This document shows positions 9,722 to 19,405 of a stretch of 52,954 bases of DNA, one piece after another. The notes below the pieces were generated by a model, which did no database searches, was not told the DNA's origin, and saw nothing but the letters and a program-made list of their open reading frames with translations. The translations under genes and the position numbers were made by a program. Origin of the DNA: a bacterium (GTDB lineage Bacteria > Armatimonadota > JACIXR01); assembly GCA_049970775.1 (NCBI GenBank), contig JBMFMH010000001.1:7118-60071 (forward strand), in the 5' to 3' direction. Numbering within the stretch: position 1 is the first letter of the stretch; every line of letters starts with the position of its first letter.

Positions 9722-10686
9722 GGAGGATGTTCAAGACGAGGGTTTGTGATTTATTGGGCATAGAATACCCCATATTACAGGGAGGTATGGCTTGGGTAGC
9801 AACCGCTGAGCTGGCGGCAGCGGTATCGGAAGCAGGTGGCTTGGGAATAATTGGAGCGGGCGGAATGCCCGGCGAAATCCTAAAAGAGGAAATCAAGAAA
9901 ACCCGTTCCTTAACCAGCAAGCCATTCGGTGTTAACATAATGCTGATGTCTGAATATGTTGAGGAACAAATGAGGGTGGTTTTGGAGGAAAGACCAGCGG
10001 TTATCACAACCGGTGCCGGCAATCCAGGAACTTATATTCCCGCCTTGAAATCAGCAGGGATAAAGGTGGTTCCTGTTGTTGCTTCCGTAGCACTTGCTGT
10101 TCGTCTTGAGAGGATAGGAGTTGACGCTCTGATAGCGGAGGGCGGGGAATCGGGAGGACATATAGGGGAGCTTTCCACTATGGCTTTGCTTCCACAAGTT
10201 GTGGATGCGGTTTCCATTCCAGTTATCGCAGCTGGCGGGATAGCCGACGGTAGAGGATTCCTCGCCGCCCTCGCTTTAGGAGCGGAGGGAGTGCAGATGG
10301 GAACAAGGTTCGTTTGCTCCGAGGAATGCACTGTCCATCCAGCTTATAAGGAGGCGATAATAAAGGCGAGGGACAGGGATACAGTGGTAACAGGGCGTTC
10401 CACTGGGCACCCAGTGAGGTGTTTGAGAAATAAACTTACGAGAAAATTTGAGGAATTGGAGGCTCGTTGTGCTCCGCCTGAGGAACTTGAGGAACTCGGA
10501 AGAGGCAGATTGCGGGCGGCAGCCGTTGAAGGGGATGTGGAATATGGCTCAGTAATGGCGGGTGAGATAAGCGGATTGATAAAGGATATAAAACCTGTGA
10601 GAAAAATCATAGAGGATATATTAAGGGAGGCGAAAGAGACCCTTATAAGCTTAAATCAGAGGTATCTTGGAGGGGGAAATGAGTGA
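9715..10686 (+). CDS. fabK: enoyl-ACP reductase II (FabK, FMN-dependent, nitronate monooxygenase fold)
   Basis: GIEYPILQGGMAWVATAELAAAVSEAGGLGIIGAG matches the FabK N-terminus. Lies inside the fab cluster. The start could be GTG 9715 or ATG 9727. Confidence 0.88.
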   Translation: MVRRMFKTRVCDLLGIEYPILQGGMAWVATAELAAAVSEAGGLGIIGAGGMPGEILKEEIKKTRSLTSKPFGVNIMLMSEYVEEQMRVVLEERPAVITTGAGNPGTYIPALKSAGIKVVPVVASVALAVRLERIGVDALIAEGGESGGHIGELSTMALLPQVVDAVSIPVIAAGGIADGRGFLAALALGAEGVQMGTRFVCSEECTVHPAYKEAIIKARDRDTVVTGRSTGHPVRCLRNKLTRKFEELEARCAPPEELEELGRGRLRAAAVEGDVEYGSVMAGEISGLIKDIKPVRKIIEDILREAKETLISLNQRYLGGGNE

Positions 10687-11617
10687 GAAGAAATTTGCCT
10701 TGCTCTTCCCGGGGCAGGGTTCCCAATATGTAGGGATGGGTAAAGAACTTTACGAGGAGTTCAGCGAGGTAAGAAGCACTTTTAAAACCGCTAATGAGGT
10801 GCTTGGATTTGACTTAATGGATGTTTGCTTTAACGGTCCGGAGGAGGAACTAAGAAGAACCTCAATCGCTCAACCAGCGCTACTCACACTTAGTGTGGCG
10901 ATTTGGAAGCTTCTTCCTCCCCTTAAAGTGGTATACCTTGCTGGGCATAGCCTTGGCGAATATTCTGCGCTCGTTGCGGGAGGAGTAATCACATTCACGG
11001 AAGCCTTGATGTTGGTGAGGAAACGAGGGGAATATATGGAGAAAATGAGGGAGGGGAGTATGGTAGCTGTTATGAGAATTGAGCGTGGGGTGCTGGAAGA
11101 GATAATAGAAAGTATAGGTGGTATATGTGTGATTGCAAATTACAATTCGCCTCAGCAACTCGTTATCTCTGGGGAAAAGGAAGCTGTGGAAGAAGTGGCG
11201 AAGATAGCGGAGGAGAAAGGAGCGAGATGCGTGAAACTTAATGTGAGTGGTGCTTTTCATTCCCCTCTGATGAAGGAAGCGAATGAGAGATTTCAGGAAG
11301 AACTTATGAAAGTTAACTTTAGGGATAGTTCGATTCCGATAGTTTGCAATGCATATGCTAAGCCTCTTACAAAAGCTGAGGACATAAAGGAAGCGCTTGG
11401 GGTTCAAATGGTTAGCCCTGTTTTGTGGGAGGAGAGCGTGAGATTAATGAGTGAAGGAGTGGATTGCTTCCTTGAGGTAGGTCCGGGGAAGGTATTGGCG
11501 AACTTAGTGAAGCGAATCGTGCCGAGTGTAGAGGTCCACAATATTGAGAATAAACAAGGTTTGGAAGAATTAAGGAAAATCTTGAGCAAGGAGGAGAAGG
11601 ATTATGAAAAGGTTTGA
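10679..11617 (+). CDS. fabD: malonyl-CoA:ACP transacylase
   Basis: FPGQGSQYVGMG and GHSLGEYSAL motifs. ATG 10679 is preceded by GGAGG. The tracked TTG 10667 is the alternative start. Confidence 0.95.
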   Translation: MSEKKFALLFPGQGSQYVGMGKELYEEFSEVRSTFKTANEVLGFDLMDVCFNGPEEELRRTSIAQPALLTLSVAIWKLLPPLKVVYLAGHSLGEYSALVAGGVITFTEALMLVRKRGEYMEKMREGSMVAVMRIERGVLEEIIESIGGICVIANYNSPQQLVISGEKEAVEEVAKIAEEKGARCVKLNVSGAFHSPLMKEANERFQEELMKVNFRDSSIPIVCNAYAKPLTKAEDIKEALGVQMVSPVLWEESVRLMSEGVDCFLEVGPGKVLANLVKRIVPSVEVHNIENKQGLEELRKILSKEEKDYEKV

Positions 11618-12350
11618 AGGAAGAGTGGCTATAATAACTGGTGCAGGGCGAGGGATTGGGAAAGCTATTGCGGAAAGATTTGCCTCAGAAGGGGCGGATG
11701 TGGTCATATGCGACATTGATAAGGAAGCAATCGCTAAGGTGGCTGAGGAGATAATAGATAAATATTCCGTGAAGGTCATTTCTATTCCTGCTGATGTATC
11801 AAAGGAGGAAGATGTGAATGCCCTTGTGGAGGAAACGGTAAGAAATTTTGGGAAGGTAGACTTTTTGATAAACAATGCTGGGATAACAAGGGATAGCCTT
11901 ATTCTAAGGATGAGCGAGGAGGAGTGGGATAAAGTGATAGCAGTTGACCTCAAAAGTGTGTTCCTTTGCACCAAAGCTGTTGCAAGGCATATGATGAGGC
12001 AGAGGTATGGAAGGATAGTTAACATATCCTCCGTGATAGGCTTGCGGGGAAATGTGGGTCAGGCGAACTATGCAGCTGCAAAAGCGGGAATCATTGGTTT
12101 CACAAAATCCGTTGCGAGGGAATTAGCGGGAAGAAACATAAATGTAAATGCTGTGGCTCCCGGATATATTCAAACGGAGATGACGGAGAGGTTGCCCAAC
12201 GAGGTAAAAGAGGGGATGTTAAAACAGGTCCCCTTAGGGCGACCAGGTCAACCTGAAGATGTAGCTGGAGTTGTGGCTTTTCTTTGCTCGGAAGATGCTT
12301 CATATATCACGGGGGAAATAATTCGGGTTGACGGTGGTATGGCTATGTAG
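11604..12350 (+). CDS. fabG: 3-oxoacyl-ACP reductase
   Basis: SDR motifs TGAGRGIGKA, NNAG and YAAAKAG. 248 aa. Confidence 0.95.
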   Translation: MKRFEGRVAIITGAGRGIGKAIAERFASEGADVVICDIDKEAIAKVAEEIIDKYSVKVISIPADVSKEEDVNALVEETVRNFGKVDFLINNAGITRDSLILRMSEEEWDKVIAVDLKSVFLCTKAVARHMMRQRYGRIVNISSVIGLRGNVGQANYAAAKAGIIGFTKSVARELAGRNINVNAVAPGYIQTEMTERLPNEVKEGMLKQVPLGRPGQPEDVAGVVAFLCSEDASYITGEIIRVDGGMAM

Positions 12351-12399
12351 TTAAATATTAATTAAACTTGTAAGAATTAAAGCAAGGAGGTCGTAGATT

Positions 12400-12516
12400 A
12401 TGGCAACCTGGAAGTGCAAAGAATGTGGATTTGAAAAAGAAGCAAGATGTAAGCCGAAGAAATGCTCCCAGTGTGGAGCAAAGGATTCCTTTGAAAAATT
12501 GGAGGTGAAAAAATAA
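12400..12516 (+). CDS. 38-aa zinc-ribbon (rubredoxin-knuckle-like) microprotein
   Basis: Not in the ORF track because it is under 60 aa. Translates to [38 protein letters not shown], with a CxxC...CxxC pattern. AAGGAGG at 12384-12390 lies 9 nt upstream of the ATG. Its stop overlaps the acpP ATG (TAATG). Confidence 0.6.
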   Translation: MATWKCKECGFEKEARCKPKKCSQCGAKDSFEKLEVKK

Positions 12517-12755
12517 TGACTGACATTGTGGAAAAGGTTCGCAACATAGTAGCGGAAAGATTGAATGTCAATCCTGAAGAAGTGACACTGGAAACGACCT
12601 TTGAGGACCTCGGCGCTGATTCACTCGATGTAATGGACTTAATAATGGAGTTGGAGCAGGAATTCGACATTGAGATACCGGATGAGGATGCGGAAAAGAT
12701 AAGGACGATTGAGGATACGGTGAATTACATCCAGTCGCGCTTGCAAAAGGAATAA
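12516..12755 (+). CDS. acpP: acyl carrier protein
   Basis: 79 aa. Phosphopantetheine attachment motif [11 protein letters not shown]. Confidence 0.97.
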   Translation: MTDIVEKVRNIVAERLNVNPEEVTLETTFEDLGADSLDVMDLIMELEQEFDIEIPDEDAEKIRTIEDTVNYIQSRLQKE

Positions 12756-12758
12756 ATA

Positions 12759-14003
12759 ATGCCCCCGAAAAGGGCGGTCATAACCGGTCTATCCCTCCTG
12801 ACACCGTTAGGCATAGGGATTGAGAAGAATTGGCGCAGATTATTGCGGGGTGAAAGCGGCATAAGCCATATAACCGCCTTTGATGTCAGCGATTTCACCA
12901 GCAGGATAGGAGGGGAAGTAAGGGACTTCAATGTGGAGGATTACATAGATAAGAAGGAAGCGAGGAGAATGGACCGCTTCGCCCAATTTGGTGTGGCTGG
13001 GGCGAAATTGGCTCTCGCAGATTCTGGTTTGGAAATTGATAAGCTCAATCCCGAGGAGGTAGCGGTTATTATAGGCAGCGGTATAGGAGGAATATCCACT
13101 TGGGAGGAACAACATAGGATTTTTTTGGAGAAGGGTCCGAGCAGGGTAAGTCCTTTCTTTATTCCTATGCTTATCATTGATATGGGCGCAGCGCACATAG
13201 CGATAGCGTTCAAAGCTATGGGAGCGAATTACGCAACGGTGAGCGCTTGCGCAAGCGGGGCGAACGCAATCGGTGAGGCTTTGAGATTGATTAGAGAGGA
13301 GAGAGCCAAGGTGGTCATAGCTGGTGGAAGCGAAGCTTGTTTAACACCGCTCGCCTTGGCAGGTTTCTGCTCTATGAGAGCACTATCCACGAGAAACGAT
13401 GAGCCTGAAAAAGCTTCCCGTCCTTTTGATGCGGAAAGGGATGGGTTTGTTCTATCGGAGGGGGCTGGTGTAGTGATTGTTGAGGAGTTGGAGTTCGCCA
13501 AGAGAAGGGGAGCGAGGATTTATGCGGAGCTGATAGGCTACGGTCTATCCTGCGATGCCTATCATATCACAGCCCCTGAACCCAATGGAAGAGGGGCTGC
13601 GCTCTCTATGGAGGCAGCTTTAAGGGATGCGAGGATAAGCAAGGATGAGGTAGATTATATAAACGCTCATGGAACATCAACTCAATTGAACGATGTCACG
13701 GAGACAATGGCAATAAAAAGTGTTTTCGGTGAAAGGGCATATAAAATCCCTATCTCCTCAACGAAATCTATGATTGGACACCTTTTGGGCGCTGCGGGAG
13801 CAGTGGAGTTCATCGTTTCCCTCCTAACCATAAGGGATAATATAATTCATCCCACGATTAATTACGAACATCCCGACCCCCAATGCGATTTGGACTATGT
13901 CCCCAACAAGGCAAGGGAAGCAAAGGTGAATGTGATTATGTCCAATTCCTTTGGTTTTGGTGGACATAATGTCTCCCTTGTAGCGAGGAGGTTTGAAGGG
14001 TAG
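12759..14003 (+). CDS. fabF: 3-oxoacyl-ACP synthase II
   Basis: [11 protein letters not shown] (active Cys), [32 protein letters not shown]. Confidence 0.96.
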   Translation: MPPKRAVITGLSLLTPLGIGIEKNWRRLLRGESGISHITAFDVSDFTSRIGGEVRDFNVEDYIDKKEARRMDRFAQFGVAGAKLALADSGLEIDKLNPEEVAVIIGSGIGGISTWEEQHRIFLEKGPSRVSPFFIPMLIIDMGAAHIAIAFKAMGANYATVSACASGANAIGEALRLIREERAKVVIAGGSEACLTPLALAGFCSMRALSTRNDEPEKASRPFDAERDGFVLSEGAGVVIVEELEFAKRRGARIYAELIGYGLSCDAYHITAPEPNGRGAALSMEAALRDARISKDEVDYINAHGTSTQLNDVTETMAIKSVFGERAYKIPISSTKSMIGHLLGAAGAVEFIVSLLTIRDNIIHPTINYEHPDPQCDLDYVPNKAREAKVNVIMSNSFGFGGHNVSLVARRFEG

Positions 14004-14034
14004 GGATGTTCTATATGGAGGTGCGTAAGCTAAA

Positions 14035-15975
14035 ATGGAGAAATTTAAGACATTGAAAAAGAAGGAGAAACCGTTGTTTATTTTGGGCGTTAATTACTGG
14101 GCAAGGGATGCAGGACCGCTTATGTGGCGAAAATGGGATAGGGAGAAGGTGAGGGAGGAGATAAGACAGATGAAGTCCCTCGGTATGAATACGATAAGGT
14201 CCTTCGTCTATATGCCTGATTTTATGCCTCGTCCGGGTGAAGTTGATGAGGAGATGTTGAGGCGCTTTGGTGAATTTCTCAAGATTTGCGAGGAGGAAGG
14301 GATTTACACTTTCCCTTCCTTCTTCGTTGGGCATATGTCGGGTGAAAATTGGGATGTGCCTTGGAGGGAAGGGCGAAATTTCTATACAGACCCTTGGATG
14401 ATACGCCAGGAGATAGCATATGTGCAGAAGATAGTTTCTCGCTTTAAGGACGAGGAAGCGATTATAGGCTGGCTTCTTTCCAACGAAATTCCCCTTTATG
14501 GCGGCAATACCACAAGGGACATCGGGTATGTTTGGGTGAAGACGATGTGCGAGGCAATAAGGGAGATAGACCCTGAACGTCCTATTTCAACAGGAGATGG
14601 TTGTTGGTACTTAAATGGTGATGACAATGGCTTTAATTTGGATGACCTCTCAAAGGTCTTGGACTTTCTCGGTCCTCATTCTTATCCCTCGGAGACGGAT
14701 TCCCTCCGGCACTCCTTTATTCCCGCGATGTTGATGCAATTGGCGAGAACCTGGGGATTACCCGTCCTTTTGGAGGAGTTCGGTTGTTCTAACGCTCATT
14801 GTAGCGAGGAGCATCAAGCGGATTATTACCGCACTACCTTCCATTCCGTTTTGGTAAATGGTGGTTGCGGCTGTTTAGGTTGGTGCTTTTCCGATTTCAA
14901 CCTACCTTATCAGAGACCTTATTCTCATCATCCCTTTGAAATGCTTTTCGGGGTAACCCGTTCAGATAAATCGGAAAAGCCGGTAGCTTATGAATTTCAA
15001 AGATTTGCCGCCCTCTTGGAAAAGCTGGATTTTTCCCATCTTGAAATACCTACACCTCAGGCTTACATTATCGTTCCTTCTTTCTACTTCCATCCTTATC
15101 CATTTTTCTGGGCGGATAAAGGGCAAATGAACAGGCTATTTCTCCAAGCCTTTACCTCAGCTAAAATGGCGAAAATCAGAACGGGATTTTGGCGAGAGGA
15201 ACCAATCGCATCAAACATCCCCTATGATATTGAGTTAAAGAAAGAAGTGAAATTCCCATCCGAGGCTAAATTGTTCATTCTCCCTTCCTTCCCGACACTC
15301 ACTGCCCCAACTTGGGAGGCGCTTTACGATTTCGCTGAGAAGGGAGGCACTGTCTACTTCTCTTACAGATATCAGCCTTGGATACATAACTTTGAGCGTT
15401 TAACTGGCTGTAGCCATAAATTGAGATTTGGAATACCTGATATTCCAGCGCAAACCTTAACGCTTAGCTTCTTGAAGGCTTTACCCGGCATAGAGGAAGG
15501 CGAGGTCTTCCATTTCACTCCTCCTGCTTCTCCCTTCCATAGCGCCTTTTGTCCCCTTGTTCCCAAATCTGCTGAGGTAATCGCGATAGATGAGGAAGGC
15601 AATCCGGCAATAGTTTTAAACAGGATAGGGAAGGGAAAAGTGTTTTTCTCCGCTTTTCCTCTGGAGCTTTATCTCAGTGAGAAACCCGAGGCTAACAAAT
15701 CATCGCCTTTATGGAGACTTTACAAGGCGATTGCTTTAGAGGCTGGGGTTGAATTTCCCTTAGATTTCACTAACCCATTCGTGGAAATGGAGGTGTTGAA
15801 GCAAGGTGAGGAGAGATTGGTTTGGCTGATTAACCACTCATGGGATACTGTTGAGGGTTCCTTATTGGGCGATTTTGAGAAGCTGGTAGATTTTGAAAGC
15901 GGTAATGAATTAACTTTTTCCGGGGAGAAGGATATAATATTAGCCAAGAAGGAAGTTAAGATTTTGAAAATCTAA
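14035..15975 (+). CDS. clan GH-A glycoside hydrolase (GH5 / endo-beta-mannanase-like) with a C-terminal GH42-domain-M-like region; no signal peptide
   Basis: 646 aa. (beta/alpha)8-type motifs: GMNTIRSF, the acid/base candidate LLSNEIP, and the nucleophile candidate LLEEFG. The N-terminus has no hydrophobic leader. Confidence 0.65.
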   Translation: MEKFKTLKKKEKPLFILGVNYWARDAGPLMWRKWDREKVREEIRQMKSLGMNTIRSFVYMPDFMPRPGEVDEEMLRRFGEFLKICEEEGIYTFPSFFVGHMSGENWDVPWREGRNFYTDPWMIRQEIAYVQKIVSRFKDEEAIIGWLLSNEIPLYGGNTTRDIGYVWVKTMCEAIREIDPERPISTGDGCWYLNGDDNGFNLDDLSKVLDFLGPHSYPSETDSLRHSFIPAMLMQLARTWGLPVLLEEFGCSNAHCSEEHQADYYRTTFHSVLVNGGCGCLGWCFSDFNLPYQRPYSHHPFEMLFGVTRSDKSEKPVAYEFQRFAALLEKLDFSHLEIPTPQAYIIVPSFYFHPYPFFWADKGQMNRLFLQAFTSAKMAKIRTGFWREEPIASNIPYDIELKKEVKFPSEAKLFILPSFPTLTAPTWEALYDFAEKGGTVYFSYRYQPWIHNFERLTGCSHKLRFGIPDIPAQTLTLSFLKALPGIEEGEVFHFTPPASPFHSAFCPLVPKSAEVIAIDEEGNPAIVLNRIGKGKVFFSAFPLELYLSEKPEANKSSPLWRLYKAIALEAGVEFPLDFTNPFVEMEVLKQGEERLVWLINHSWDTVEGSLLGDFEKLVDFESGNELTFSGEKDIILAKKEVKILKI

Positions 15976-15983
15976 AAAGCGAG

Positions 15984-16700
15984 GTGAAACAAATGATAGA
16001 GTGTAAGTTTTGTGGGGCAGAGAATGAGGAAACGAGGCAGGCTTGTTGGAACTGCTTTGCTCCTTTAAAGGGCGAGGTAGGGGAAGCTATGAAGGAGAGG
16101 GTAGCGAGAATAAGGGAGGTAGTCCCTTCCACTGAGGCGACCGCTGCTCCCGTGGAGGCAGCGGTGGTTGCGCGGCGGCGTGGATTATCCTTAGGTTGGT
16201 TGGTGGGTATAGTAGTTTTCCTCCTCATCCTTGGAGGTGGCTTCTTTTTCTACTTGAAAATATTTAGGGAAAAGCCCCAACAAGTGGCAAGGGACTTCGT
16301 TTATGCCTTTGTTCAGGGCTTGAGTTCCCAAGACCTTTCCCCAATAAAGCCATATATAGACCCAGTGGATGCAACTAACCTCCCTACAACTAAGGAAGAC
16401 ACGAAGAAGAAAATATTGGCTTATCTCAGCACGATGGGCGTAAAGGTCCCCTCGCAAATAGGTGGGAAGGACATATTTGATTTGCTCAGTTCACTGCGAC
16501 CAGCGGTGCAATCGGTAAATACTCAAATGGAAAGCGCCTCCTTAAGTGAGGCAAAGGTAAATGTTCGGGTAGCAATCGGTATAAGTGGCGGAATGTTGCC
16601 GATTATGCCCCAGCAATCAGTGCAGGGCTCTGCTACCCTCACCCTCATAAGGCAGGGCTTGGATTGGAAGGTGAGTTTGAGTAAAAGTATGCTTAAATAA
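15984..16700 (+). CDS. zinc-ribbon / single-TM / NTF2- or DUF4878-like domain protein
   Basis: 238 aa. N-terminal CKFCGAENEETRQACWNC zinc ribbon (CxxC-x11-CxxC) and one TM helix (LSLGWLVGIVVFLLILGGGFFFYL). The C-terminal domain of roughly 130 aa is of unknown function. GAGGTGA SD. Confidence 0.6.
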   Translation: MKQMIECKFCGAENEETRQACWNCFAPLKGEVGEAMKERVARIREVVPSTEATAAPVEAAVVARRRGLSLGWLVGIVVFLLILGGGFFFYLKIFREKPQQVARDFVYAFVQGLSSQDLSPIKPYIDPVDATNLPTTKEDTKKKILAYLSTMGVKVPSQIGGKDIFDLLSSLRPAVQSVNTQMESASLSEAKVNVRVAIGISGGMLPIMPQQSVQGSATLTLIRQGLDWKVSLSKSMLK

Positions 16701-16727
16701 AAAGTGAAAGGAGGCAATAAATAAAAG

Positions 16728-19373
16728 ATGAAAAAATGGACAGCGTTAGTTGTTTCTCACACTCATTGGGATAGAGAATGGTATCTAACATATCAGGGTT
16801 TTAGAAGGCGCTTGGTTAGGCTCACTGACCGCCTTCTTTCCCTTATGGAGTCAAATCCTCGCTACAAGTATTTTGTCTTTGATGGGCAGACAATTGTGTT
16901 GGAGGATTATCTGGAGATACGCCCGGAAAACGAGGAACGAATAAGAAAGCTCGTGCAGGAGGGAAGGCTTCACATTGGTCCTTGGTATGTGCTCCCCGAT
17001 GAGTTCCTCGTCTCGGGAGAATCCCTTGTGAGAAATCTCTTGATAGGGCATATGATAGCGGAGAGATACGGCAGGGTAATGAAGGTCGGTTATCTTCCCG
17101 ACCCCTTTGGTCATATCGCTCAGCTACCACAAATCCTGCAAGGATTTGGAATCAAATCCTTTATATTCCATAGGGGATTGGGAGACGAATGGGAGGGGCT
17201 TAATACCGAATTCTGGTGGGAAGGCTTAGATGGAACAAAGGTGTTGGCTATATATCAAATTCACGGTTATTGCAACTTAGCTGGGTTGGGTTATGAGCCA
17301 GCTTTTGGTGAACCGGGAATGGTTAAAGTTGATATGGATTTGGCTGTTGAGAGGATAAAAAGAGAAGTTGATAGTATCAGCCCATATGCCTCTACTCGCT
17401 ATATCCTTCTCAACAACGGTTGCGACCACCTTGAACCCCAGCCCGAGCTTCCCGATATGATAGATTATGCTAATAGCAAACTTGAGGATATAGAGGTGGT
17501 TCATTCAACATTTGAGGAATATGTGGAGAAGATATTGAGTGAGGAGCCTAAACTGGGAACTATAAAAGGTGAGCTTCATAGAGGGCGCTATCATCCCCTT
17601 CTTCTCGGTGTTTTCTCCACTCGTCTTTACTTAAAGAAGGAAAACTTCCTTACTCAAAGGGCATTGGAAAAATATGCGGAGCCCATTTGTTCCCTTGCTT
17701 GGTTGGAGGGTAAACCTTACGAGGGTGCATTCCTTCTGCGAGCTTGGAAGCATCTTGTTTCAAATCATCCCCACGATTCCATATGTGGTTGTTCAGTTGA
17801 TGAGGTTCATAGGGATATGCTTCCTCGTTTTGCTGCTGCCCGCCAGATAGCGGAGATTCATTTTGAGGAATCTGCTCGCTACTTAATGGAGCGAATCAAT
17901 GCGAAAAAAGAAGGGGCAAAAGCAGCGGTTGTCGTGTTCAATCCTCACAGCTGGGTTGTAACGGATGTGGTCAAGGCTCGTCTTGAATTTCCCATCTCAG
18001 CAGACCAGCCGATTCACCACATCATCGTGCGAGATGAGACTGGCAAAATAGTTGCCAGCCAACTGGAGAACATAAAGGTATCTTTGCCCTATCACCCTCA
18101 TCCTCTTAATCAGCTGGTTTGGAGCGGAGATATCTCAATTATGGCGGAGAATGTCCCACCAGTCGGCTACAAGACATACTATATTGAGGAAGTAAGGGAG
18201 CCAAAGAGGATTTCCACTCTCCTAATAGCAACATCTACTTGTTTGGAAAATGCTTTCCTCAAGGTTGATGTTAATCCCAATGGAACACTTGACATCACGG
18301 ACAAGAGAAGCGGGCAAGTATTTAGAGGATGTAATCTATTTGAGGATACCGAGGATGTTGGGGATGAATATAACTACTCGCCAGCTCTGAACTCTGAGAC
18401 GATAACCACCGCCGGCGCAAATGCTCAAATCTCCCTTTTGGAAAGGGGACCTGTTTCCGCTACTATAAAGGTTCAGTTAACGCTCTACTTGCCGGAAAGC
18501 ATAGATGAAGGCAGGACCGCTCGCTCAAAGGAGCTCATTCCTTGCCCCATTACCTCATATATCACCCTCCACGCGGGGATACCTCGTGTGGATATAGAGA
18601 CGGTTTTTGAAAACAAGGCAAAAGACCATCGCTTGCGAGTCCATTTCCCAACGAATCTTTTTGCAAATGATTGCTTGGCTGATGTTCAATTTGGTGTCTT
18701 AAAGAGAAGCATCCAGCTGCCAAAAGGAGAAGGATGGGTGGAGAAGCCGGTGGGCACGAAGGCTATGCAGTCCTTCGTTGCCTTGGAAAGCAGAGGTTTG
18801 GGGTTATGTGTTGTGAGCGAGGGATTGCCGGAATATGAACCTATTGATACTCCGAATGGCGTGGACATAGCTCTTACCCTCCTCCGCAGCGTTGGCTGGC
18901 TTTCAAGGGGAGATTTACTTACTCGCCCCTATAACGCTGGTCCACAAGTTCCTACGCCTGAGGCACAATGCTTAGGCACCCACACCTTCCGTTATGCCAT
19001 CATCCCATTCGTGAACTCCTTTGAGGAAGCGAAGCCATGGCTTCTTGCTTATCAATTCGTTGCACCTTTGCGTTCTCTCATCACACTTCCCCACGATGGT
19101 TCACTCCCTTCCGAATATTCCCTCATCAAAATCTCCCCTCAAGAGCTGGTGCTGAGCGCTTTAAAGAAGGCGGAGAAGGACGATTCCTTAATCGTTCGCT
19201 TCTACAATATAGCTTCCTATGAGGTGGATGGTAGAATAACCCTCTCCAAAGCGCCTCAAAAAGCCTTCTTGGCAAATCTCGCCGAAGAAGAAATTGAGGA
19301 GTTAACCGCCGATAAGGAGCTGGAGGTGAAAGTTAAGCCATACCAGATAATCACCCTAAAGCTGTTCTTCTAA
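16728..19373 (+). CDS. GH38 alpha-mannosidase (MngB-like, cytoplasmic)
   Basis: 881 aa. VVSHTHWDREWY N-terminal metal-site motif, SNHPHDSICGCS, and GH38 C-terminal beta-sandwich-like regions. No signal peptide. Confidence 0.88.
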   Translation: MKKWTALVVSHTHWDREWYLTYQGFRRRLVRLTDRLLSLMESNPRYKYFVFDGQTIVLEDYLEIRPENEERIRKLVQEGRLHIGPWYVLPDEFLVSGESLVRNLLIGHMIAERYGRVMKVGYLPDPFGHIAQLPQILQGFGIKSFIFHRGLGDEWEGLNTEFWWEGLDGTKVLAIYQIHGYCNLAGLGYEPAFGEPGMVKVDMDLAVERIKREVDSISPYASTRYILLNNGCDHLEPQPELPDMIDYANSKLEDIEVVHSTFEEYVEKILSEEPKLGTIKGELHRGRYHPLLLGVFSTRLYLKKENFLTQRALEKYAEPICSLAWLEGKPYEGAFLLRAWKHLVSNHPHDSICGCSVDEVHRDMLPRFAAARQIAEIHFEESARYLMERINAKKEGAKAAVVVFNPHSWVVTDVVKARLEFPISADQPIHHIIVRDETGKIVASQLENIKVSLPYHPHPLNQLVWSGDISIMAENVPPVGYKTYYIEEVREPKRISTLLIATSTCLENAFLKVDVNPNGTLDITDKRSGQVFRGCNLFEDTEDVGDEYNYSPALNSETITTAGANAQISLLERGPVSATIKVQLTLYLPESIDEGRTARSKELIPCPITSYITLHAGIPRVDIETVFENKAKDHRLRVHFPTNLFANDCLADVQFGVLKRSIQLPKGEGWVEKPVGTKAMQSFVALESRGLGLCVVSEGLPEYEPIDTPNGVDIALTLLRSVGWLSRGDLLTRPYNAGPQVPTPEAQCLGTHTFRYAIIPFVNSFEEAKPWLLAYQFVAPLRSLITLPHDGSLPSEYSLIKISPQELVLSALKKAEKDDSLIVRFYNIASYEVDGRITLSKAPQKAFLANLAEEEIEELTADKELEVKVKPYQIITLKLFF

Positions 19374-19405
19374 TAGAGGAATTAGGTTTAAATATAGACC
19401 ATCCA

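Noticed and set aside
10880-11407. 175-aa antisense ORF inside fabD (similar cases: 12398-12670 opposite acpP, 20533-20955 opposite the TIM-barrel gene, 7828-8265 opposite plsX)
   Set aside because: The sense-strand genes are unambiguous housekeeping genes. The antisense products have no recognisable motifs or ribosome-binding sites.
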